DNA of 64,000 nucleotides from an uncultured Olsenella sp. (GCA_949296375.1 CASFQX010000020.1:249-64248); one strand, 5' to 3'; shown: positions 9,171 through 19,170, counted from the stretch's first letter. Notes: generated by a model from the letters alone, not told the origin. A program made the numbers and translations.

Positions 9171-9869
9171 ATGCCGTTCTATTATGGGTATGGAATGGAT
9201 CCGGCGTACCTGCTGGTAGTCTTGGTCGCCCTCGTTCTGGGATTTGGGGCACAGGCGTACATCAGGAGCACGTACCGCAAGTGGTCCAAGGTCGATGCGG
9301 GAATCCCCGGAACGGGGGCAGAGGTTGCCCGGCAGATGTTGCTCACTGGCGGAGCTCCCGGCGTGGGGATCACGCGGGTTCCAGGCTCGCTCACCGACCA
9401 TTACGACCCTCGCGACAACATGCTGCACCTCTCGGATGACAACTACCGCGGAGCCTCCGTTGCGTCCGTTGCCGTTGCCTGCCACGAGGCGGGTCACGCC
9501 ATTCAGGCGGCTCAGGGCTATGGGTTCTATCGGCTTCGCACCTCGCTTGTCCCCGTGGTCAACATAGCCCAGCAGGGCTGGCTGATCGTGCTGCTCCTGG
9601 GAGTCATGATGAACGCCTTCGGTCTGGTGCAGCTCGCCATCGTCCTCTTCGCGGTGTCCGTGGTGTTCCAGCTCGTCACCCTCCCAGTCGAGATAGACGC
9701 CTCTCGTAGGGCTGTTGCCTACCTCGGGTCTTTTGGCTCGGGGCTTGACGAGAAGGGCGCGCGTGCCGTTCTCACTGCCGCTGCCCTCACCTACGTTGCG
9801 GCTGCGCTCACCTCGCTCATCCAGCTTGTCTACCTGCTCGGGCGTTACGGCGGCAGAGGGGACGACTGA
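9171..9869 (+). CDS. Membrane neutral zinc metallopeptidase (YugP-like)
   Basis: LTDHYDP, HEAGHAIQ, LVTLPVEIDASRRA, AAALTYVAA. Confidence 0.9.
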   Translation: MPFYYGYGMDPAYLLVVLVALVLGFGAQAYIRSTYRKWSKVDAGIPGTGAEVARQMLLTGGAPGVGITRVPGSLTDHYDPRDNMLHLSDDNYRGASVASVAVACHEAGHAIQAAQGYGFYRLRTSLVPVVNIAQQGWLIVLLLGVMMNAFGLVQLAIVLFAVSVVFQLVTLPVEIDASRRAVAYLGSFGSGLDEKGARAVLTAAALTYVAAALTSLIQLVYLLGRYGGRGDD

Positions 9870-11197
9870 TGTCCGGAACGCAGGCTGTCTCGGTCTCCGA
9901 GGCGGTCGCCCTCGCCAAGGGTGCCGTCTCCTCGTGGCCCACGCTCGTCGTCAACGGCGAGGTGTCGGGGTTCCGAGGGCCAAACGCGCGCTCCGGCCAC
10001 TGTTACTTCGAGGTGAAGGACGACGGGGCCTCGATGAGCGTCATCGTCTGGCGCGGCACGGCAGCCAAGATGGGCTTTCAGCTCAGGGATGGCATTGCAG
10101 TGCAGCTCACGGGCAAGTTTGACGTCTACAAGGCCTCTGGAAAGCTCTCGTTCGTGGCCAGCAAGGTCGAGGCCGCTGGTGAGGGTCTGCTCAGGCAGCA
10201 GGTGGCTGAGCTTGCGCGCGCCCTCGAGCGCGAGGGGCTCATGGATCCGGCGAGAAAGCGCCACGTCCCGGCTTTCTGCTCGCGCGTCTGCGTGGTCACC
10301 TCGCTTTCCGGTAGCGTCATCGAGGACGTGAAGCGAACGCTCGCCAGAAGAAACCCACTCGTGGAGATTGACGTCGCGGGATGCTCCGTGCAGGGGGCCG
10401 ATGCCCCCGCGACGATCATCAGGGCACTTGGGGTCGCTGTTGCCGCGCGGCCAGACGCCATCCTGCTCGTTCGCGGGGGAGGCTCATTCGAAGATCTCAT
10501 GTGCTTCAATGACGAGGGGCTCGCGCGCGCCATCGCCGCCTGCACCGTCCCGGTGGTGACGGGAATCGGGCACGAACCTGACACCACGATCGCCGACATG
10601 GTGGCAGACCGTCGAGCCTCCACGCCCACCGCCGCCGCAGAGTCTGTCGCGCCGGCGATCGACGAGGTGGAGCGCCAGATGCTCCAGCGACAGGTGAGAC
10701 TCGGCAGGGCCATGTCCTCTCTGCTCGAGTTCCGCCGCCAGCGCGTTGACGCCGCCTCCAGACTCATGGTGGGAGGCGTCGAGGCAGGTTTGTCTCGCCG
10801 CCGCGTTGCGCTCGATGCCCTCGGGGCGCGGCGCTGTCTCACTGACCCACTCGCCTCCGTGCGCGACCGTGCGACCGACCTCATGCAGACGGAGCAGCGG
10901 CTCCACGATGCGATTCCGCGCTCGCTCGCGCGCTCTGGCGAGCGCTGCGATCAGCTCGCCTCCCGCCTAGATGGCGCCGCGGGAAAGATGCTCCTGCCTG
11001 CGGAGGCAACGCTCTCTCGCCTCGCCGCCTCCCTCGATGCTCTTTCGCCGCTCTCGGTTCTGGCGCGTGGCTACGCGATCGCCCGCGATTCCAAGGGTGG
11101 CGTGCTGAAGGATGCCGCGGTCCTGGTGCCGGGTGACGAGGTCAGCGTGCTTCTCGGCGACGGGTCTTTCGGTGCGACGGTTACCAAGGTCAACTAA
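9869..11197 (+). CDS. xseA: Exodeoxyribonuclease VII large subunit
   Basis: GEVS..SGHCYF, RGGGSFEDL..FNDE, GIGHEPD, TPTAAAE, LSPLSVLARGY. Confidence 0.95.
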   Translation: MSGTQAVSVSEAVALAKGAVSSWPTLVVNGEVSGFRGPNARSGHCYFEVKDDGASMSVIVWRGTAAKMGFQLRDGIAVQLTGKFDVYKASGKLSFVASKVEAAGEGLLRQQVAELARALEREGLMDPARKRHVPAFCSRVCVVTSLSGSVIEDVKRTLARRNPLVEIDVAGCSVQGADAPATIIRALGVAVAARPDAILLVRGGGSFEDLMCFNDEGLARAIAACTVPVVTGIGHEPDTTIADMVADRRASTPTAAAESVAPAIDEVERQMLQRQVRLGRAMSSLLEFRRQRVDAASRLMVGGVEAGLSRRRVALDALGARRCLTDPLASVRDRATDLMQTEQRLHDAIPRSLARSGERCDQLASRLDGAAGKMLLPAEATLSRLAASLDALSPLSVLARGYAIARDSKGGVLKDAAVLVPGDEVSVLLGDGSFGATVTKVN

Positions 11198-11228
11198 GGT
11201 CGGGCATGAGCCCGGAAAGGGGATGGAG

Positions 11229-11498
11229 ATGGCAGACGAACCCAGGAGAATCGAGGACATGACGTTCAAGGAGGCCTCGATCGAGCTCGAGCAGATCGTG
11301 CGAGCCCTCGAGTCCGGAGACCTCGAGCTCGAGGAATCGCTTGATCGCTACAGCCGTGGCGTGGAGCTTCTGAAGAGCCTGCGCGAGCGACTCGCGAGCG
11401 CCGAGCAGAAGGTGCGCGTCCTTCTCGACGCCACCGACGAGAACGCTGCCACGACGGACACCTCATCGGCTCCGAGCACCGCCTACATCAACGAATAG
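11229..11498 (+). CDS. xseB: Exodeoxyribonuclease VII small subunit
   Basis: TFKEA..ELEQIV..LESGDLELEESL; follows xseA. Confidence 0.9.
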   Translation: MADEPRRIEDMTFKEASIELEQIVRALESGDLELEESLDRYSRGVELLKSLRERLASAEQKVRVLLDATDENAATTDTSSAPSTAYINE

Positions 11499-11517
11499 AA
11501 TGAGAGGGGTTGGCATC

Positions 11518-11862
11518 ATGTCTGACTGCATTTTCTGCAAAATCGCAAATGGTGAGATTCCGAGCGAGTTCCTCTACGAGGACGATAACGTGGTAGCCTT
11601 CAACGACCTTAGCCCCCAGGCGCCGGTACACGTGCTCGTGGTGCCCAAGGCCCACCATGACAACTTCGTCGACGATGTCCCGGCAGAGACGCTTGCCTCG
11701 ATGGAGCGCGCCGTCAAGGCGGTTGCCGAGAAGTGCGGCATCGCCGAGTCGGGCTTCCGCTGCATCATGAACACGGGTGCCGCGGCGGGTCAGACCGTCA
11801 TGCACCTCCATATGCACGTCCTCGGCGGCAAGCCCCTCGGCGAGGGCCTCATTCCCGCCTAG
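11518..11862 (+). CDS. Histidine triad (HIT/HinT) protein
   Basis: DCIFCKI, PQAPVHVLVVPK, GQTVMHLHMHVLGG. Confidence 0.95.
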   Translation: MSDCIFCKIANGEIPSEFLYEDDNVVAFNDLSPQAPVHVLVVPKAHHDNFVDDVPAETLASMERAVKAVAEKCGIAESGFRCIMNTGAAAGQTVMHLHMHVLGGKPLGEGLIPA

Positions 11863-11873
11863 GCCAGCTGTCC

Positions 11874-11937
11874 GGCGGTCGGGTCCTCCCACGGAAAGTG
11901 CGCTTAGCGAAACTTTCCTTCGGAAGACCCGACCGCC
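11874..11937. repeat. Hairpin element with apical core AAGTGCGCTTAGCGAAACTT
   Basis: Arms ggcggtcgggtc / gacccgaccgcc; core at 11896-11915 shared with 24722-24741. Confidence 0.8.
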
Positions 11938-11949
11938 TGTCGTTGTCCA

Positions 11950-12018
11950 GGGCCGGGCGTTGTTCTCGGAGGGAAGTCTCGTGCCAGCGCACTTCCCGGA
12001 GAGAACCACGCCCGGCCC
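11950..12018. repeat. Second hairpin element, core in reverse orientation
   Basis: Arms gggccgggcgt / acgcccggccc; core 11974-11994 reverse complement is aagtgcgctggcacgagactt. Confidence 0.7.
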
Positions 12019-12115
12019 GTTCAGCGACGTGAGACGAACTTCGGCCTTCTTCGGGCGTATCATATGAGTGCTGTGTTGTATCGCCGAGTGGGGGAGACCC
12101 CGCGGGAGGAGAGTC

Positions 12116-13285
12116 ATGAACGTCCTTGTCATCAACGCCGGTAGCTCGTCGCTCAAGTATCAGCTCCTGGACGTGGACACGCGTGAGGTCTACGCCAAGG
12201 GCAACTGTGAGCGCATCGGCATCGACGGCTCCTTCGTCGGACACGAGGAGATGGGTGGGGAGAAGCAGAAGCTCGAGGTCGCGCTCCCTGACCACAAGAC
12301 AGCCATCAAGTACGTCTTTGACATCCTCAAGACCATCGACAAGACCATCGGCGGCATCGGTCACCGCGTGGTCCAGGGCGGCTGGTACTTCCCCGAGTCC
12401 GCGATCGTTACCGATGAGACGCTCGCCCAGGTCCGCGAGGTCGCTCCGCTGGCGCCACTGCACAACTACGCCGAGGCAGACGTCATCGAGATCTGCCGCG
12501 ACATGTTCCCCGAGCTCGGGAACGTGATCGTGCCTGATACCGCCTTCCACTACCACATGCCCGAGCACGCCTGGCGCTACGCCCTCCCGCGTGACGTCGT
12601 GGACAAGTACCACGTTCGCAAGTACGGCGCCCACGGCACGAGCCACCGCTTCATCTGGCGCACCGTGCACGAGATGATGGGCGACAAGACCCACAAGCTC
12701 GTGAGCTGCCACCTCGGCTCCGGTGCCTCCCTCTGCGCCATCCAGGACGGCAAGTGCATGGACACCACGATGGGCCTCACCCCCCTCGACGGCCTCATCA
12801 TGGGCACCCGTTGCGGCACGCTCGATCCCGCTACGGTCTTCTACCTCAGTCGCGAGGCGCACATGAGCGTCGACGAGATCGACACGATGATGAACAAGAA
12901 GTCCGGTCTTCTCGCCGTCTCCGAGGTCTCCTCGGACTCCCGCGACATCGAGGCTGGCGCCGCCAACGGCGACGAGAAGTGCCAGATGGCTCTCGACATG
13001 TTCAACTACCGCGTCTCCCAGCTCTTTGCTGAGATGGCGGCCTCCATGCAGGGCGTTGATACGATGGTCTTCACGGCGGGCATCGGCGAGAACGCGCCCG
13101 AGATTCGTGCTGGCATCTGCGAGCTGCTCGGCTGGATGGGCGTCAAGATCGACGCCGAGAAGAACGCGCCGCGCTCCGACGAGCCCCGTGTGATCTCCGC
13201 TCCGGACTCCGCGATCACCGTGATGGTGGTTCCCACCAACGAGGAGTACATGATCGCGCTCGACGTCGAGGAGCTGCTGGGGTAG
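12116..13285 (+). CDS. ackA: Acetate kinase
   Basis: VINAGSSSLK, GHRVVQGG, LAPLHN, YGAHGTSH, TPLDGLIMGTRCG, FTAGIGEN, PTNEE. Confidence 0.97.
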   Translation: MNVLVINAGSSSLKYQLLDVDTREVYAKGNCERIGIDGSFVGHEEMGGEKQKLEVALPDHKTAIKYVFDILKTIDKTIGGIGHRVVQGGWYFPESAIVTDETLAQVREVAPLAPLHNYAEADVIEICRDMFPELGNVIVPDTAFHYHMPEHAWRYALPRDVVDKYHVRKYGAHGTSHRFIWRTVHEMMGDKTHKLVSCHLGSGASLCAIQDGKCMDTTMGLTPLDGLIMGTRCGTLDPATVFYLSREAHMSVDEIDTMMNKKSGLLAVSEVSSDSRDIEAGAANGDEKCQMALDMFNYRVSQLFAEMAASMQGVDTMVFTAGIGENAPEIRAGICELLGWMGVKIDAEKNAPRSDEPRVISAPDSAITVMVVPTNEEYMIALDVEELLG

Positions 13286-13317
13286 CGTCACGGGCATTTC
13301 CCTCCGCACGTGCCTTC

Positions 13318-13350
13318 GAGAGGCCCGGCTCCTGGGGAGCCGGGCCTCTC
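13318..13350 (+). terminator. Hairpin terminator after ackA
   Basis: 15-bp perfect stem gagaggcccggctcc/ggagccgggcctctc; weak U-tract. Confidence 0.6.
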
Positions 13351-13507
13351 TCAAGAAAAATGCCCCGAGAAGTGCCCGTGGCGCCGCAGGTCTTCTCGTG
13401 GCGAGGTTACGGGGAGGTGACGGCCGAGCTGATCCCGCGGTCTAATTCCTAGTAATTTGGGTACAATTAGTTGCTATGAATGGGAAACCCAGGGGAAAGG
13501 AACCCTC

Positions 13508-14467
13508 ATGGCCCTCAGCAACATCACTGTCACTCGACGCTCCGCCCTCGGCCTTGGTGCCGCCACGCTTGCCCTTCTCGGTCTCGGCGCCTGTGGCGGC
13601 GAGGCTCCCGCTCCCGCCGGGGACGAGGCTACCGAGGAGACCAAGCTCGACTCCGCAGCCTACGACGAGCTCATTGCCTCCGGCTTCGTAGCCACCGACG
13701 ACGAGGTCTCCGCCTCGCAGTGGGCGAGCAAGGTCAAGGAGGCTGGCACGCTTCGCGTGGGAGGCGTCCAGACATCGCTGCTCTTCTCGAGCCTGAACGA
13801 GCAGGACGGAAAGACCCGCGGCTTCGACGCCGGGCTCTCGCAGCTCCTCACGCGTTATATCCTCGGCGATGAGTCCAAGCAGGAGATCACTCAGGTGACC
13901 TCGGACACGCGCGAGTCGGTTCTTCAGAACGACCAGGTTGATGTTGTCTTTGCCACGTACTCCATCAACGACGACCGCAAGAAGGTCATCTCCTTCGCAG
14001 GCCCGTATTACACCACGCAGCAGTCCATTCTCGTGATGGCTGACAACGACAGCATCAACTCCCTCGATGACCTTGCAGGTAAGAACGTGGCCGCGCAGTC
14101 CGGTTCCACCGGCCCCGGAATCCTCGAGGAGTATGCGCCGGATGCCATCGTGCAGGAGTTCAAGACCGACGAGGAGGCGCGCACCGCGCTCTCCCAGGGT
14201 CGCGTCGACGCCTACGTGATCGACACCGCAATGCAGATGGGCAACATGACGCGCAACCCCGGCCGCTATCGCCTCGCCGGCGATGAGTTTGGCCCCGTTG
14301 ATGCGTACGGCATCGGGCTTCCGCTCGACTCCGACGGCGTTGCCTTCGTGAACGCCTGGCTCCAGAGGCTGCAGGACGAGGGTCTCTGGACCGAGCTCTG
14401 GCAGCTCTGCATCGGTGACCGCGCCGGCATCGACGATGCCCCCGAGCCCCCTGCGATCGGCGCGTAG
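13508..14467 (+). CDS. Polar amino acid (glutamate-type, GluB-like) ABC transporter substrate-binding lipoprotein
   Basis: Tat-like TRRSAL, lipobox LGAC, RESVLQNDQVDVVFATYSINDDR, FAGPYY. Confidence 0.85.
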   Translation: MALSNITVTRRSALGLGAATLALLGLGACGGEAPAPAGDEATEETKLDSAAYDELIASGFVATDDEVSASQWASKVKEAGTLRVGGVQTSLLFSSLNEQDGKTRGFDAGLSQLLTRYILGDESKQEITQVTSDTRESVLQNDQVDVVFATYSINDDRKKVISFAGPYYTTQQSILVMADNDSINSLDDLAGKNVAAQSGSTGPGILEEYAPDAIVQEFKTDEEARTALSQGRVDAYVIDTAMQMGNMTRNPGRYRLAGDEFGPVDAYGIGLPLDSDGVAFVNAWLQRLQDEGLWTELWQLCIGDRAGIDDAPEPPAIGA

Positions 14468-14490
14468 GCATCCTGTGGTGGGGGAGTCGC

Positions 14491-15150
14491 ATGAGCTTCG
14501 CTGAGCTTCTCGGTACCTACGGACAGAACTATCTCGACGGGCTTCTCGCCACGTGGTCGATGACGGCGGTCTCCTTCGTCTTTGTCATGGTGCTTGCCGT
14601 GCTCGTCACGGTCGCCCGCGTGAGCCCCGTGGCCCCGCTGAGGGGCCTCGGGGAGCTCTACGTCCAGGTGTTTCGAAACATCCCTGGCGTGGCCCTTCTG
14701 ATCCTCGTGGCATACGCGCTCCCGCAGCTTCGCGTCGTGCTACCATGGCGGACCTGCGTCATCGTGACCGTCGTCCTTCTCGGTTCCGCCTTTGGTTCGG
14801 AGAACTTCATGAGCGGCATCAACACGATCGGCGTGGGGCAGATCGAGGCGGCGCGCTCCATCGGGCTCACCTTCACGCAGATCCTGCGGCACATCGTGAT
14901 TCCGCAGGCGCTTCGCACCACGGTGCTCCCCATGACCAACCTGCTTATCGCCGTCATGCTCACCACCGCGCTCGGCTCGCAGGTTCCTATGACGCCCCAG
15001 GAGCTCACGGGAGTGGTCTCCTACGTCAACACCCGAGCCACGGGAGGCATCCTCGCCTTCCTCGTCTCGGCACTCGGCTACGTTCTCACGGCGTTTGTCA
15101 TCTCACTCATTGGCAACCGCCTTGACAAGAGGGTGAGGATTCTCCGATGA
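14491..15150 (+). CDS. Amino acid ABC transporter permease (GluC-like)
   Basis: YVQVFRNIP; EAA motif GQIEAARSIGL. Confidence 0.9.
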   Translation: MSFAELLGTYGQNYLDGLLATWSMTAVSFVFVMVLAVLVTVARVSPVAPLRGLGELYVQVFRNIPGVALLILVAYALPQLRVVLPWRTCVIVTVVLLGSAFGSENFMSGINTIGVGQIEAARSIGLTFTQILRHIVIPQALRTTVLPMTNLLIAVMLTTALGSQVPMTPQELTGVVSYVNTRATGGILAFLVSALGYVLTAFVISLIGNRLDKRVRILR

Positions 15151-15980
15151 GCGCGCGCACCCAGTCCGCGCCGTCTGTGCGCACCGCCCTCTACGAGGCC
15201 CCTGGCCCCAAGACGAAGCGGCTCATCGCCGTGGGTACGGTCGTCTCGGCGCTTCTTGTGGCCGCCCTGGTTGCTGCCGTGGTCCGACAGTTCTACGTTA
15301 CGGGTCAGCTCGCGCCGCGCTACTGGTCGTTCCTTCTCGAGTGGCCCACGTGGCGCTTCCTGCTGCAGGGGTTTGTCGGCACCGTTGAGGTCGCGCTCAC
15401 GGCTGGCGCGATCGCGCTGGTTCTCGGTCTCGCGCTCATGCTCGGCAGGACGAGCGGGCCTCGCCCCGTCTCTGCCGCGTGCCGCCTGGTGACCGACTTC
15501 TTCCGTGGCGTCCCAAGCCTTCTGCTCATCTACTTCTTCTTTCTTGTGGTTCCTCAGTACGGCATCAGGATGCCCTCCTTCTGGATGCTTACGCTGCCGG
15601 TGACTCTCGCCGCCTCGGGCGTGCTCGCCGAGGTCTTCCGCGCCGGCGTGAACGCCGTGCCCAAGGGCCAGGTCGAGGCGGCGCTCTCGATCGGTCTCGG
15701 TCGCTGGAAGACGATGAGGCTGATAGTCCTTCCCCAGGCCGTCCGCTACGTCATCCCCTCGCTCATCGCCCAGCTCGTCGTTGTTGTCAAGGACACGACT
15801 GTCGCCTATGTGGTGAGCTATCCGGATCTCATGCAGAACGCGCGCGTGCTCATCACCAACTACGATGCGCTGCTCTCCATGTACCTCGTTGTCTCGGTCA
15901 TTTACGTCCTCATCAACTTTGCCATCAACAAGGCGTCCGTATACGTTGCGCATCGCACGGGCGTCAAGATCATTCGCTAG
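15147..15980 (+). CDS. Amino acid ABC transporter permease (GluD-like)
   Basis: [29 protein letters not shown]. Confidence 0.9.
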   Translation: MSARTQSAPSVRTALYEAPGPKTKRLIAVGTVVSALLVAALVAAVVRQFYVTGQLAPRYWSFLLEWPTWRFLLQGFVGTVEVALTAGAIALVLGLALMLGRTSGPRPVSAACRLVTDFFRGVPSLLLIYFFFLVVPQYGIRMPSFWMLTLPVTLAASGVLAEVFRAGVNAVPKGQVEAALSIGLGRWKTMRLIVLPQAVRYVIPSLIAQLVVVVKDTTVAYVVSYPDLMQNARVLITNYDALLSMYLVVSVIYVLINFAINKASVYVAHRTGVKIIR

Positions 15981-15991
15981 GAGCGGGAGCA

Positions 15992-16756
15992 ATGGCCCAG
16001 GAAAGTACAGCCGATAAGAACGTGCCGGTGATAGAGCTCCGCCACGTTGACAAGCACTTCGGGGACCTCCATGTCCTTCGCGACGTGAACCTCTCCGTTG
16101 CGCGGGGAGAGGTGCTCGTCGTCATCGGGCCCTCCGGCTCCGGCAAGTCAACGATGTGTCGCACCATAAACCGGCTCGAGACCATCGACTCCGGGGAGAT
16201 CCTCATCGAGGGAGAGCCGCTTCCGCAGGAGGGCCGCGAGCTCGCACGCATGCGCGCCGAGCTCGGCATGGTTTTCCAGCAGTTCAACCTTTTCGCGCAC
16301 AAGACGATCCTTGAGAACGTGACCCTCGGGCCCCGAGAGGTGCTTGGCCAGGGCAAGGAGGAGGCCGAGAGGTACGCCATGGAGCTCCTGGAGCGCGTCG
16401 GCGTTGCCTCGCAGGCTCACAAGGTTCCCGCGCAGCTCTCCGGTGGCCAGCAGCAGCGAGCCGCCATCGCACGCTCGCTCGCCATGCGCCCCAAGGCGAT
16501 GATGTTCGACGAGCCCACGAGCGCTCTCGACCCAGAGATGATCAACGAGGTTCTCGATGTCATGGTCGAGCTCGCTCGCGGCGGAATGACGATGGTCGTG
16601 GTGACGCACGAGATGAACTTCGCGCGCCGCGTTGCAGACCGCGTGGTCTTCATGGCTGACGGCCAGATCGTCGAGGAGGGTGCCCCTGACGAGTTCTTCG
16701 ACCACCCCAAGACGCAGCGCGCCCGTGACTTCCTCGACTCGATCAAGGGACACTAG
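15992..16756 (+). CDS. Amino acid ABC transporter ATP-binding protein (GluA/GlnQ-like)
   Basis: [33 protein letters not shown]. Confidence 0.95.
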   Translation: MAQESTADKNVPVIELRHVDKHFGDLHVLRDVNLSVARGEVLVVIGPSGSGKSTMCRTINRLETIDSGEILIEGEPLPQEGRELARMRAELGMVFQQFNLFAHKTILENVTLGPREVLGQGKEEAERYAMELLERVGVASQAHKVPAQLSGGQQQRAAIARSLAMRPKAMMFDEPTSALDPEMINEVLDVMVELARGGMTMVVVTHEMNFARRVADRVVFMADGQIVEEGAPDEFFDHPKTQRARDFLDSIKGH

Positions 16757-16757
16757 C

Positions 16758-17498
16758 ATGGCGAGAAGACCGGTCGTTCTTGTCGCTCCACGCTGGGAGG
16801 CTCCCGTCGTGGAGGGCTCGGAGACGATAGCTCCCCAGGAGGCTATCGCCGACTGCTTTGTTGATGCGATTCTTGCTGCCGGCGGTCTGCCGCTCATGAT
16901 GGCACTCACCGAGGACGAGGGCGTCATCGCGGAGTACGTGGAGCGTGCGGATGGCATCGCCGTTCCCGGCGGGCCTGACGTCAACCCCGCAATCTGGGGG
17001 GACGAGGGTCCCTACGACCCAGCGCTGCTCTGCCCACAGCGCGACGCCTTTGAGCTTCCGATGCTGCGCGCCGCCGTTGCGGCTGACAAGCCCCTGCTCA
17101 CCACCTGCCGGGGAACGCAGCTCCTGAACGTGGCTCTGGGCGGCACGCTCTGCATGGACGTCCCGAGCCTCGGTGCCAGAGAGGGCATGGTCCAGTGGCG
17201 CCACACTGGCATCCTAAACGGCGTCTGCCACCCCGTTGAGGTCGAGGAGGGGTCGCTGCTGTCTCGTGCGCTCGGCGGGGCCAAGCTCGTTCAGGCCAAC
17301 TCGGCGCACCACTGCTGCGTCGACCGCCTCGGTGAGGGCGTGCGCCTCGTGGCGCGCGCGACCGATGGCGTGCCCGAGGGAATCGAGGTCCCTGACAGGC
17401 GCTTCTGCATTGGCGTCCAGTGGCACCCCGAGTATACGTGGCGCGAGGTGGAGACAGACTTCGCCCTGTGGAAGAGCCTCATCGAAGCGTGCCGCTAG
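16758..17498 (+). CDS. Peptidase C26 / gamma-glutamyl-GABA hydrolase family (PuuD-like)
   Basis: GGPDVNP, RDAFE, CRGTQLLNVALGG, GVQWHPE (Cys-His-Glu triad). Confidence 0.9.
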   Translation: MARRPVVLVAPRWEAPVVEGSETIAPQEAIADCFVDAILAAGGLPLMMALTEDEGVIAEYVERADGIAVPGGPDVNPAIWGDEGPYDPALLCPQRDAFELPMLRAAVAADKPLLTTCRGTQLLNVALGGTLCMDVPSLGAREGMVQWRHTGILNGVCHPVEVEEGSLLSRALGGAKLVQANSAHHCCVDRLGEGVRLVARATDGVPEGIEVPDRRFCIGVQWHPEYTWREVETDFALWKSLIEACR

Positions 17499-17546
17499 AA
17501 GGTTGGCTCGAGCGCTCGTTCGCGGGTGGTGGCCCTTTGCGAGAAG

Positions 17547-17753
17547 AGGCTCGTCTCAGCTCTTTTTCGCATAAGCGTGACGAAACGAGGCTCGTCTCAG
17601 CCTGTCGGGCTTCTCGCTTGACGAAAGCCGGCTCGTCTCAGTCAAAACGTCGCTTTATCCTGAGACGAGGCACATATCGCCAAGCGAGAGACGCCCGTAC
17701 CCTGAGACGAGCCCCTTCTGGTCAAGTGGACGAAGTATGAAGCTGAGACGAGC
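17547..17753. repeat. Symmetric phased array: 3 forward plus 3 inverted copies of CTCGTCTCAG
   Basis: Forward at 17550, 17591, 17632; inverted at 17660, 17702, 17743. Confidence 0.9.
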
Positions 17754-17788
17754 GCATTCTCGAGATGCGCTTGACGATATGCGGCGAG

Positions 17789-18283
17789 CTACTGATGACG
17801 CACGAAGTGATACGCGACTCTCGGAGTGCCGTCTTCGACCCAGATGGTGCCGCGGCGCAAGAATCCACACCTCTCGAGCGTTCGCTGCATGGGGAGGTTG
17901 TCGGCATGGGTATCGGCGCGGACGTTGTCGTGCTGTGCGCAGAGCCACTCGAGCATGTGCGTTCCTGCGCCATGGCCACTCTCCGCCACGGCGAGGCGGT
18001 GCATGACCCAATAGGGGTCACTATTCAGCCATGGCTCGCCTTCGATTACGGCATAGGTTGGGTCAGGGCCAGGCAGAACGCTCATGACGGCGATGGGGCC
18101 AGCGCCCTCGTCAAGCACCCATAGGGCTCCAAGATCGAGGTCCTTCTCGGCGTCCTGGAGGCCGGGGTAGTCACCAGGCCACTGGGTGGGGTTGCCGTTG
18201 GCGTGCATGAAGCGTCGCGCGGCGTCGTAGATGGAACAGACGACCCCGAGGTCTTCCGCGCTTGCGGGACGAATCTGGCTCAT
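17789..18283 (-). CDS. GNAT family N-acetyltransferase
   Basis: IRPA, GNPTQW..DYP, DPTY, HRLAV..GHGAG, DTHADNLPMQ..LERCGF. Confidence 0.85.
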   Translation of the reverse strand: MSQIRPASAEDLGVVCSIYDAARRFMHANGNPTQWPGDYPGLQDAEKDLDLGALWVLDEGAGPIAVMSVLPGPDPTYAVIEGEPWLNSDPYWVMHRLAVAESGHGAGTHMLEWLCAQHDNVRADTHADNLPMQRTLERCGFLRRGTIWVEDGTPRVAYHFVRHQ

Positions 18284-18285
18284 GT

Positions 18286-19170
18286 CTAGAAGGGCCTTAT
18301 CGAGAAGGACCTCTCGCAGGTCTCGCCCGGGACGAGCGTGATGGTCCCGCGCTTCTCCTCGAAGACGTCCGACTCGTCGTAGCATGTGGCGCAGCCCACC
18401 CAGGGCTCGATGGCGACGAACGGGGAATCGCTCGTAGCCGTCCAGACGCCGAGGAAGCCAAAGCCATCGAAGTCGAGCTCCACTCCGTGGTTGGCGGGGC
18501 CAACAAGCTTGACCGAGCTCCCGGGGACGTCGACAAAAACTACGGTGAGAAGCTCGTCGATGAGCTCGTGGCTCAGACGCATGCGGTCGGAGTCTCGGAA
18601 CAGCTCGTGCATCGTCGAGAAGTCCTGGAGGCCCTTGGGGTCAATCGTGGGCACCTCGGCGGTCCAACGCTCGGGGAAGACGAGCTCGTAGTCGGAGAAG
18701 GACGCGCCCTCCTCGCCAGGTACGGGCACGTTGAAGGCGGGGTGCCCGCCAAGCGTGAAGGGGAGGTCCACGTCTCCCGTGTTGGTGACGGCAAAGGTCT
18801 GAGTGAGACACCCGTCGGCAACGGCGTACGTCATGTTGAGCCGGAAATCGAAGGGGTAGGCCGTCCGCGTCTCGTCCGTCGAGGCGAGCTCGTACGTGAC
18901 ACTCGAGGAGGTCTGATCAACGACGGCGTGGTCGTAGAGGCGTGCGATGCCATGGCGGCCGAGCGTGACGTCACCTTGCGCGGAGACGGCGTGTCCCTCG
19001 CGAAGGCAGCCGACGATGGGGAAGAGCACCGGCGCGCGACGTGCCCAGTAGCGCTCGTCACCCTGCCAGAGGTACTCGCCCTCGCCGAGTCTCACGCTCA
19101 TGAGCTGGGCACCAGCCGAATCGATCGTAACGGAAAGATTGCCGTCGGTGATGGTGGTGAGCGTTGCCAT
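18286..19170 (-). CDS. Aldose 1-epimerase family protein (LacX-like)
   Basis: GAQLMS, EYLWQGD, APVLFPIVG, RHG, GGHPAFN, FVAIEPW. Confidence 0.9.
   Translation of the reverse strand: MATLTTITDGNLSVTIDSAGAQLMSVRLGEGEYLWQGDERYWARRAPVLFPIVGCLREGHAVSAQGDVTLGRHGIARLYDHAVVDQTSSSVTYELASTDETRTAYPFDFRLNMTYAVADGCLTQTFAVTNTGDVDLPFTLGGHPAFNVPVPGEEGASFSDYELVFPERWTAEVPTIDPKGLQDFSTMHELFRDSDRMRLSHELIDELLTVVFVDVPGSSVKLVGPANHGVELDFDGFGFLGVWTATSDSPFVAIEPWVGCATCYDESDVFEEKRGTITLVPGETCERSFSIRPF

Noticed and set aside
11874-12018. Integron attC sites
   Set aside because: No RYYYAAC/GTTRRRY boxes, no integrase, and flanking genes are housekeeping
13362-13402. Possible fourth member of the AAGTGC hairpin family
   Set aside because: Only an 11-bp stem and the first six apex bases match; too weak to call
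17547-17753. CRISPR array (regular repeats with ~31-bp spacers)
   Set aside because: Repeat is only 10-12 bp, orientation flips midway, and there are no cas genes in the window
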